DNA of 64,000 bases, taken from contig NW_002060945.1 in assembly GCF_000150275.1 (NCBI RefSeq), forward strand, positions 1,065,872-1,129,871, given 5' to 3'. The notes beneath the pieces were generated by a model. That model was not told where the DNA came from. It made no database searches and worked only from the letters and a program-made list of their open reading frames with translations. Each line of letters starts with the position of its first letter. Position 1 is the stretch's first letter. Positions 53,026-64,000 of the stretch are shown piece by piece. The position numbers and the translations under genes are program-made. The DNA comes from Trichoplax adhaerens. Its lineage: Eukaryota > Animalia > Placozoa.

Positions 53026-56000
53026 ATGGTCATGTCAACAATGTCGATGGCTCATTTCCTCCTCATTTTAGCATCCCTTTCTTGGGTTTCGTCACAGCGT
53101 AAGCTCTTTTTCTTAGCAATATCACCTTATTCCCAACCCACGAATCATTCATCTTGACTATTCTACCAGTCAATGACATTTTTTAATCCTTTTTAGATAA
53201 ATGCAACATTTACTAATCTATTAATGCTATACCTACGTTAACTGTTTAGGCTATAGTGATACGATGAAAGCCATAGTATGAGATAGAGATGGAATAGTAG
53301 GGATTTAAACTTGCTATCAATTATGATTTAATGCATGGAATGGGGTCAAGACTAGTATACGCCTGGAATGGCATATAATTCTATTTTTTTCATTGCAAGA
53401 AATAACTTTCCAAAGCTACATCCCTTTTCAAGCATTGAATTTAATAGGAGATCGGCCGAATAGTTATTTTTGTTAATTCTATTCCTATAGCAGGATATTA
53501 TAACTAAATATATTTAAGATACATTTCTAAGTGAAATGATGATAAAAGTTCTATACACAGTAAGGTATTCTAATTTGTTTTTCTCTTAAAATGAGTCAAT
53601 TACATTCCTACCGGTCAAGGTTTTCTAGTCAACATTTGCCAGCGTTTACTTTTTAATGGGCATGGAAAGGCTTTCATGAAGTACACGCAGTAATTATTCT
53701 CCCTTCTTCTTCTCTATTATCGCACTTAGTACCGCAGCATTTTCTTTAAAGCTTTTAATCATGAATTGTTGACAGAAATACTCTTCTGCACTATGATAGA
53801 AATTCCTTTTTTCTTTCTTTCTTTCCTAATGTTCGCTATCATGTATCAAGTTTGCTTTCGTATAGCACATAAAATAATTTTCATTATGTAGGTGATAGCA
53901 CCAGCGATAGACTAACGAAAGTTGTATTTCTCTATGCCTACCATAACTAGTTACCTCGCCACAGATTAATAGCCAGTGGTACAAAGATGGCGAGAATGTC
54001 CTGAAGCAAAAACTCAATGCCAAAAATATTGAAAAAACTGGCAAGAATGCCATTTTATTCATTGGAGATGGAATGAGTATTCCAACTGAGGTATGTGCGC
54101 GTATATTTCAAGGCCAAAAGAGAGGCCAGACAGGCGAAGAAAACAATTTAAGTTGGCAACTCTTTCCTAATGTTGGTTTATCTAAAACTTATAGCGTGGA
54201 TTTTCAGGTAATTTTTTTAAATTGTATTAGCCCAAATAGAATTGAGTAAACAAGTTAAAAGGGAAGTTGTATTTCTACCAATAATTCTATCAATAACTTT
54301 GCTACTAGCATTGATATTTGGTACTTATTGAATACTATAGCATTGAGTAGAAAAAGTAACGAATTTAAAACTCGATCATAGAACGGGAATAAATAATGTC
54401 TATCTAAATAGTAGCAGTTTTTCTACCAACACAAGGGGTGGTAGAGAAATCAGTTATGGAGTTAATATTTCAAGTAGCTGGTGATTTCCCATTAGGCTAG
54501 CTGTGATTTCAAGGGGAATATAAATGATGACGATTATTAAGATGACATTGGTAATGGCTTAATAGCGGAAAGTAATCGTTTCTATTGCATAACAATCGAA
54601 TGCATTGATGTTAGATTTGATTAGATTACGATTCTTTCTTGACCTCTATTGAGAAATAGAATTTATATTAGAATCTGGGTCGAAGAAAGAAGGGTAGAGT
54701 CTATTGGTAATCGTATTTAAAAACAATTAACAATCCTAGTGATGCTCAAGATAATCCTGTTATGCAGCTACAACTATCGTTAAGTTAGTTAATTGACAGT
54801 CGATAACAGTTTTGCGAATCAAATCGGCCATTAGCGAACATTGTTATAATCGTTTACCACCTGTATTTGTTCAATAAAGCATAATTTGAATTCCATACTA
54901 CCCTAATCAGCTGATTAGAATTTTACTCTTTCACGCCCAAATTGACATATATCTTCTTTCATATCCCTTATCGTACACCATCTTTGAGCAAGACTAAGAT
55001 AGATCTATCATTCCCTACGCCATGTCATTTTACTACACCTTTAGATCGGATTTTTCATCCATACGTTATATAAAAATGACAACAGCAATTGCTGATATGA
55101 GGGCTTACTCGCAATCATAGTTACTCCTTCCATGAATAATTGGATGAAGGAGAGACCTTTGCTTTGTTAGTCTGCCTAACCTTTCTTGTAAACATGTGTG
55201 TACTACATTATCATCAGACGATAGGTTAAAGCGGAGGATCATATCTTAACTATTGATTGTTTTTTGGAACAATTCATGTATTATTCTTATTCTAATGAAT
55301 CACTAACATAGAATGCCTTAACTATGGGAGTAATGTCCTAATTTACACAATTTACACAAGCTTGCACGCGTTACGATTACGTCAAGGTTAGGGTTAGAGT
55401 TAGATAATTAATTAAGAAAAAAAATGGCAATCGTTTCTCATTTCATTGACTTGAAGTCGAGGTGGTGGATCAGTTAAAAATGCAGTTGGATAAATTCAAT
55501 TTCAGGTGATATCTTCTAGACAGTGCTAGCATGAGTAACATTTCTTCTCGAATAAAGTATCTTGTTTAGTGATGAGCTATTTATTGAGATTACAGTAATC
55601 GATTTACTTATTTAGCACAATAAAGTTTTACATTTGTTACGAGGACTTTTTTGACGGTGTGGCCATTATTTACAATAGCTACCACTCCGACTTTGGCGAT
55701 GTGATAGATTGGGCAGAGAGTAGTAGAAGAGAAAATGATCGGCTAAGATATTCGCTACGTGTAGTTCTTTATTATAGCTTAAATCAAGAAAGTGTATGCG
55801 AGAATGTGCTTCCATCTACTATTTTATATAACATCTACTACATTACTTACCAAAGCATGATAACATGAAATGTGCTAACGTCATGATGTCTAAGGTTTAC
55901 ACGTATACTTTTTACTGAGATAACATGGTATAGGCAGATGATATCTGTCTAATACTAGGATAGGTGAAGTAGCCGGATTATGGGCACAATAAGTGAATTA

Positions 56001-59000
56001 AAATTTAGCTAGTAGGTGCTAATACGGTTGATAGATAAAAAAGGAGTAATGAAGTTGTTGAACACTTGAATAGTTGTTGTTCCCATCATTATTCTCAAGA
56101 ATATGGCTACATACCTTGGATTTAATTTGTGAAAATATAAAAGGCGTAGTCGTATAATTAATGACTTTGCTCTTATTGGAAAGAATTTATAACTGGATGC
56201 TAGCAGTAGCGATCATTGTGCTCATTCCTTGATACTTTTGATGCATTTTGAATGAGCGATATTAAAAATTTTTTACTAGCCGTTATTTTAATAGCAGACG
56301 TTAACACAATAGGAATATTAGAAGAAAATAACGTTTAAAATGAGTAATTTTGGGTATCGGTAGTTTTCTTTTGATCGCTTTAAATAGTTGCTCAAAATTT
56401 TAATTATAATAATTATTCTACAGAAAAGTATTTTATGCCAGGTGTTGCTGTAACGATAGTCGTTGTTCTTCTTACAGACGCTATCTAATTAATAAATTAT
56501 AACTTTTAGTAAATCAACGTCTAATTTATTAATAGTCAAATTCAGTGCCGGTATGCAACTCTATTCTTACGCTTTTATGAGACAATATCTCTGGTTATCA
56601 TCTCGTAGACTGTGATAAATTCTTTGTAAAAAGTTACTCTTCACATTTCTCTTCATGATAGCCATTGCTGGAGGATATATAAAGAGTATGAACAGTTACA
56701 GGTGTATTATTGCGATATTTTGGAGAATTCTACTTTTGATTTCTTCAATAGCTAGTATGAGATCCTTCTTAGATTAAAGTCTTGATAGCAAATCCGTTTT
56801 ATGTATTATGGCTCCAAATTTTGAAATTAGATGAAATTGTCATTTCATACTTTTCCCAGAGGATTGAAATATCCTTGAATAGATAGCGTAAACTCGATCC
56901 TAATTACTTCTATTCAAATTTGCTTAAGGCTGGTGCAAGCTACCTTTTTATATCCCAGATATATATTGGGCTAATTAGTCTATACTCCTATATATCGAGA
57001 TATATTGTGATAGAAAATAGTTATTCTTGTACTTTGTGTGTCGATGTAACTTGAAATCATGCTATACGAAGTGAAAAGTTGCGTAAACGTAACTCCATAA
57101 ATTGCACTATTTTTTACGCAAATTTGCGTAAGCGATTGCTGTAGGCTGGTATTTTATAATACTACACAGATTTTTGAATAATTTCTGCATGTAAACAGTA
57201 AATTCTAACCTAATTACTCTATTTCAAATGTTTTATACAACAAAAGAGGCGTTTATATCTTATTACATACTTTAAATGCGGCAGCATCACATAACAATTT
57301 CGTGTGTTGTGTGCACAGATCGCATGTAAGGAATCCTTATAATTAGAGCTCTTCTGTAAAATAAGGCATTTCAATTACTAAAAAATGACTTGTTGAACGA
57401 TATTATGATCCTAATTAGTATAATATTGAATTATATCTATAACGAATACGTTATATTACGGCTTTGACGGCTTAAATCACTTTGAATGATTTACTAATTA
57501 AAGGAAATATTGCTGTATCGGAGACAGTATTTGCCATTTGCCCTATCATTTTTGAAAATAATTCTGATTTGGATCGCTAATTTCTACAGTCTATCGAACT
57601 TACTACTCCAGAATGGGTTCTGTCTGAAGTTTCAGTATATATGGCATGACTTGTAACTGTACTAAATTGTTTTCTTGCATCATAATGCTTTAATTTTTGT
57701 AATTTTTAATAGGTACCTGACTCAGCTGCTACTGCTACAGCGTTTTTAAGTGGTGTTAAAACAAATGATGGTGTTCTTGGCTTAAATCAGAATGGTATTA
57801 AAGGCCAATGCGCATCGGAAAAAAATAATCATGTCAATTCGTTAGTTGCTATAGCTGAAGAGCTCGGTATGTCGACTGGAATTATTACCACTGCTCGAGT
57901 AACTCATGCAACACCTGGTGCTGCTTATTCACATTGCGCTAGTCGTAATTGGGAAGCCAACGTAAGTTTATGGTATATCTCCAATTATCGCTAACCACTG
58001 TTTACCATACTGTAGGTCGGATTAATGAAAAGACTTTACAGCTCATGGTGTTCTTTTTCTCTTGATACTTACACTTGTATACTTATATACAGTAGGAATA
58101 TTTAATCTTGATATAAAAATGAATAAAATACCGATCTGCATATAAGGATATTTAACGTACACACATTGCGATTTTCTTATATTTAACATGTTGTCATTAT
58201 AATTTTTTTCAAACTTTTTCTAGATTCCTTCAAGTCAAGCTGGTCTGGGCTGTAAGGATATTGCGACGCAATTACTTGATGCGTATAATATTGGCGATGG
58301 TTTTGAAGTGGTTATGGGTGGTGGAAGGTGTAATTTCCACTCTATTAACACTACCGATCCTGAATATACTACATTCAAAGGGTGTCGATTCGATGGAAAA
58401 GATTTAATACAAGAATGGAAGAATAAGAAATTATCCAATTCGGCTTATGTTTGGAACTTGACCGCATTCAACGCTATTGACCCTAACAAAACCGATCATC
58501 TTTTAGGCTTATTCGATCCTAGCCACATGAAATATGATGCTGATCGACTTACCGATAAAGCTGGTGAGCCATCCATTGCTCAAATGACTGAAAAAGCTAT
58601 CCAAATTTTGCAAAGAAATCCCAAAGGATACTTTCTTTTTGTCGAAGGTGGTCGTATTGATCATTCACACCATTCCGGAGTAGCTTATGGCGCTATTACT
58701 GATACAATTGCTATGGCTGATGCTGTTCAAAAAGCTGTCGCCATGACTAATCCACAAGAGACATTAATTGTAGTTACAGCTGACCATGGGCATACCTTAA
58801 GTATGAGCGGCTATCCGAAAAGGGGCAATCCTATTTTAGGTCTTGTTGATGGAGCGCCATCACTTGACGGCAAGCCATATACAACGATAAACTATGCTAA
58901 TGGCCCTGGGGCTATAAAAGATGGCGAACTACGCCCTAATCTGACTGGAGTTGATGTTCAAGCTCGATTACATGAGCAACAGGCAATCTTCCCTATAATT

Positions 59001-59243
59001 TATGAAACTCATGATGGTGCTGATGTTGGTATTTATTCACAAGGGCCATTCGCTCATTTATTAACTGGTGTAGTCGAACAAAGTTACATATTTCACGCTA
59101 TGAAGCATGCTCTATGCTTGGGTCCAAACTCCAATGTTCCTAATTGCCAACGATTTGTGACGCGTGGTAGTGCTGTTTCTTCTGTTGCTAGTAATATGTT
59201 ATTGCTAGTTATCATGCTTTGCTTGGTGAAGTTCCTGCAGTAA
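53026..59243 (+). CDS. Alkaline phosphatase paralog 3 (signal peptide, predicted GPI anchor)
   Basis: Exons 53026-53098 (the start could be a later in-frame ATG), 53951-54207, 57713-57961 and 58224-59243. Motifs GDGMS, VPDSAATATA, RVTHATP, EGGRIDHSHH, TADHGH and ETHDG. Confidence 0.96.
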
Positions 59244-60835
59244 TCAAGCTGAATTTCCTCCTAATTTACACGTACAATATGCCAACACCATTGAAATTTC
59301 AAGTTTAATAATTATTCATAACCCTGTTATCTTCAGTCTTTTCTCATCTATTTCTGAGAGTAACATGTTAATAAATTTTAAATACTTTTACGATTAATCG
59401 ATTTTTTATTAATGGCAATAATCATGCATGACCCGGTCTCCTCAATTTTTCCCATTTATTTCAGACTATAGTGTGCTATTGAACTAGTTCATTGTTGATC
59501 TAATTTATGTCATGTTAAAGCTATTTAATAATCAATTACATAAACACTACTTAATGCAATATTTTCTTGACGTCAGCTGAAAAACTTGTACCTGTTAAGG
59601 CATGCTTCTAATAATTTAAACGTAGTAACCATAGTCTCTTCAAAGGCATTGTAACCCGGGTGCTACATTGTTATAATTAGTAGCGAAATATCATATGCAC
59701 GATTATTTCGCCATGTAGTAACGTTATGTAAATGTTTAATTGTATAATTGTGTTATGGCTCTACCGTACGCACTAGTGTATTACTGATAACACGGATACG
59801 TAATGGAATGTACCGGAGATACCAGGAAAACATACTATATACAAGACGTCGAGATTAGAAATAAAGCGCAGATTATACACGTGCATTCAAACGAAGTCTA
59901 AACGTGTTAACAGTATTATATAGGTATTTTAGTTATAATTATGGTTACGATTTGAGATAATAAATGATTGAATGTTTGAATTGAAGGGGTTTAATTTGCG
60001 GGAACATCCTCAGGATTTTCTATAGTGCTTCGAGATTAAACCTATACAGTACTACCGGTTAGTTAAGGTACCTGTATAATTTCGATCATGATCCTTGTTA
60101 TCGATAACTATTCTACAGGCATGTTCTACTTTGATAGATTTATTGTTTATAGACGCTTGGGAACCAGCTATTAAAGTTACAAGGCTACGGTGTTTGGCAC
60201 TATGTACAGTACTTCCAAAATTAAATTTAACTTTCAACATTAACGGCATATGAGGTACTTAAACTGAAGTAGTTAAACAAATAAATCTCGAATCAAAAAC
60301 CTACAGTAGTGCCCAAATACGAGGATTAAAAATTGCATTTATACCTTAGAGATAATTCAAACGTTCATGGAAATCAATTGTTGTAAAAATTTAATTTTCA
60401 AAATTACGAAGGTGAAAAATTGATCTACATATTATGTTTTCATGATATAATCTCCGCCACCATTTTAAAAAAGTAGCTAACCACAGAATTACATCATAAA
60501 CATATATTCAAAGATTTATATGCATATTCCAATGGTAAATCAAATCAAGCTACGTAAGTAACAAAATATCACAGTATTAGATTAAATTCCTACAATGGCA
60601 TCGTAACTTTTGCCGTTAATATGTGTTATTCCAAGAGCAATATTCACGAAATGCATCGCTTCTGTTACTCGCATTGACAACAATTTAGAAGATGTATAGA
60701 CCTCAAGTTTGACTATAACGTAAATATGCTATAAAAAGTATGATATTAACCTAAATCAGGATTATTGGGTGACTTTGTCTTTGTGTTGTCTAAACGAATT
60801 TTTCAAATGAAATATTACAAGTTTAAGTATTCAAA

Positions 60836-63800
60836 TTATGACATAACACCAAAAACTGGATTGTGTCTGCAGATACTGGGCCCATTCTCCATATAATCAG
60901 CTTTAGTATGACAAACGCTGTAAAATTCAGGCTATTGTTGATATAAATAATACATGCAATTATTGTACGATTGATAATAATTCTACCGTATTGACAAGAA
61001 TCAAAGTTTACCGTAGCGGCTAAGAGACTACCACCAAACCAAACGGCATAACGTTGCATAGAATGTGATACTACTTGAACATCAATTGATGTAGGCTAAA
61101 TCCGAGGAAGGAAAGAAATAAAGGTAAAAGAAATGTTTCAGCATTAGCGTTGTTGAGTGTTTTTTACTCGTAAACTAAGTTAAAGAGTAACAACTATACT
61201 ATGTATGATTCTGCGTATGTACATTGGCAGTATATGCTTATATGTCCTCTTGTGAACCGTACACTCAAGTTACCTTTAATTTGCCTCCACTCAACTGTTC
61301 ACTAATTCTTAAGCGGCTATCTACCGTTCTTTTAACATCGCGCTGTAAACGCTTACCAAAATCCTTAAACATAGTCGACCCACCAGATAGTACAATATTC
61401 TAAAGTGATAAAAGAGCGAGAATTTTAATGAATCTCTACAGATTCATAGAATAATACTATATCCATAAGGTAGTGATTATGATATCATACCTTGTATAAA
61501 GGTCTACGAACATCAATGGGACAATTTTGAATTACTGTATCTACAACTTCTGATATTGGCGTTTGAAAATCTTCATTGCAAAACTAAATACAGCGAATAA
61601 CGGTTATGCAGTAATTGTAGTAAAATGTATGATTGTTATTGAAAGATTGCAATATAAACTAACCTCCGGATGAAAATAGATCTCTGGACCAAGAAAGCGC
61701 TCGTATCCGACGTCAACGTTAAAAGGCTATATCAAACGGTTCGATTGATTAAAACGTTAACATAAAAATTAAACATTTATAAACATTATAGATCGATGAG
61801 GTTTACTTACTCGTTTACTTATATTGTTGATACCCTCATATTTCTTAATCCACTTTGCCGGTTCTTTTTCATATTTTGCAAACTCTTTAGCAATGTCTGG
61901 ACATATATAGCTGTAACGTTCCTATTTTTTTATAATGAGGATGAAACAATTACATACTATCAAAAGGCTTCGAAATTAAATACAATCGCCAAACCCGATA
62001 CTAGCTAAGTAGGTATCTATTTGCAATTTATACCTTGATTTGTTTAGCAGTTTCTAAAGACTGTTCTGGGGGTATTCCGACTTCTCGTTCTCTTAAGATT
62101 TGTTGTATAAAATGTGTAATATCTCTACCAGCAATCGGTATATGCTTGATGCAACTTCCAATAACATATCCGTCCGCCTGATATTAAAATAAGTAAAAGC
62201 TGTTTACGCGAACAAAAATTTAGTTGACAATGGCTTTTGAGGATAGCAAGATCCCTTACCACAGGTATGACATGTGTTACACCATCTCCAGAATCTATTA
62301 CTGTGCCAGTCAGAGTTCTTTGTGATACCTCTCGTGACGTCCATGATGCTGCTAGAGCAAGTACAGCCTTATTCAAATAATAATGCAATATTGAATTATT
62401 AAAACCTTTTCAACAATCACTGCCATTATACAGAATAGTTAAATCGTTTAACATCGTTATTAGTGTTCAGAAAACAAAACTTTCATCAATTGTATCAGAC
62501 GGCAATTCCTATCATGTTATGTTTTAGTTCATCATGTTCTTATTATCTTATGTAGTTGAATAGTAAGAGCTGAAATGTTGCTTTTTCGTACCTGAACAGC
62601 AATGTATAAGCCGGGGACATTGAATGATTCGAACATGATTTCTAATTTTAAGATTTTTAAATAAAATCACTTATTTTAAATTCCAATATTTTTTAATCAA
62701 ATTACATTAAATTAATGATATTGTAGGTTGATAGTATCGATGAATATACATATACAGTAAGTTAAATAGTCAGCGGTCAATATGCCGGGAATAGTCAGTT
62801 GGCTATACAGTACCTGCAGTATATTCTCTATTTTCTGGTGTATTGAGAGGAGGTTCCGTCTGGAAGTGAGAATTTGAAAGTAATAATTTTATCAGCATTG
62901 ATAGGTAGTAGAGTGTAACAATTATATTGATTAGTACCAATAAAAAGTAATGATCTTCCGGCTCCGCTCGTAAATATTTGAAAATGCACTGCTCCCAAAA
63001 TCGTTCCTGTAATTTAAAAAGTCAGAATTAACTTTTATTGGTCGAAGACTAATGGAGAAATGCAAACCGATTATAGCTTTAGGAAGTCATTATTTTTGTA
63101 TCTCTTCTTTAGGCATAAAAAGCTTACCATTAGATTCCAATCTTCTACGACACCGTGGCGAATAGGATACTATTTGATTGAAGTTAAGGCGATAGTTATA
63201 TATAAATATTCAACCTTAGGGAATTTAATACTTGGATATATTGAAAATATTACCTTAGCGGCGTATGCAGGTTGTTCGAAACAGTCATCTCCAATATAGA
63301 AATCTGCAAGGTGAACATGGAATACATTAGAAAGAGTTGATAGTACCAGTAACCTTGTCCATACTACAAATCATGCATGTTTTAGCATTTTATCATACTG
63401 TAGAACTATAGCAATCCTATGCTTTCGTATGAGATTTATACCGAGATCATCGATTCCTCTAGCAATATTAGATCGAACGCCAGCAGATTCTTTAACTGCA
63501 ATACCTAAAACGATAGAAAATTTAGTTTCAAGTTACCGATACTTTACTGTTTAGTCCAAACTTGCAAACTAATACACCATAAATGTTAAGAGCTAGAAGG
63601 GCGATCTATATTCGCCGTTAAACACTAGATCCTAATGATTACTACCAAAAATAATATTTTTAGTAATCCCTCAAATCTGCCGTTGACTTTAAATATTTGT
63701 CAAACTTTCTAAAGTCATCAGTAATAAATTTCTAAGTATGCTTAATGGAGGAACAATATAAACGATAGCAATAATCGAAGTTTCAAATTTTTTAATTTCG

Positions 63801-63934
63801 GTAGCGTTTAAAGCATAAATTATCGAAACATAAATTAAAGTACGTTGAGCTCCATTTTTATTTTTTTGTATAACTTACAACTAGGAAAGATATATTGTGG
63901 TTCAGGATTGCCAGCGTAACCTAGCTTAGTATAC
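60836..63934 (-). CDS. ACTR3: Actin-related protein 3 (Arp2/3 complex), 5'-truncated by the window edge
   Basis: Exons give [104 protein letters not shown] and [11 protein letters not shown]. Confidence 0.98.
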
Positions 63935-64000
63935 CTAGAATTTGATACACAGATAGAACGAGTCAATGTTGTCAGTACGGTTTGCAGTATTTACTGAAGT

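Overview
AT-rich, gene-dense eukaryotic (animal) genomic DNA with many short GT-AG introns. The style suggests a compact early-branching metazoan such as a placozoan; this is inference, not verified. Reading across splice sites gives, in order: the 3' end of an unidentified gene; histidine ammonia-lyase (HAL, -); a C9orf85/DUF2039 homolog (-); a complete ~22-exon SHLD2/FAM35A (shieldin subunit 2) homolog (+) that the ORF track almost entirely misses; FAN1 nuclease (-); PPCDC (+); KXD1 (-); three tandem GPI-anchored alkaline phosphatases (+); and most of ARP3 (-, 5' end outside the window). Four observations stand out. (1) An intact SHLD2 lies tail-to-tail with an atypical FAN1 (PIP box, SIM and 3x ~100-aa repeats, no UBZ). 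(2) Dense TACAGTAC/GTACTGTA arrays mark the 5' ends of the housekeeping-type genes but not the alkaline phosphatases, two of which have a TATA box. (3) A 46-aa signal-peptide-bearing uORF is spliced into the KXD1 leader. (4) A perfect 39-bp inverted repeat element lies upstream of HAL. Gene identities rest on recalled protein motifs and hand-assembled exons; no database searches were run.
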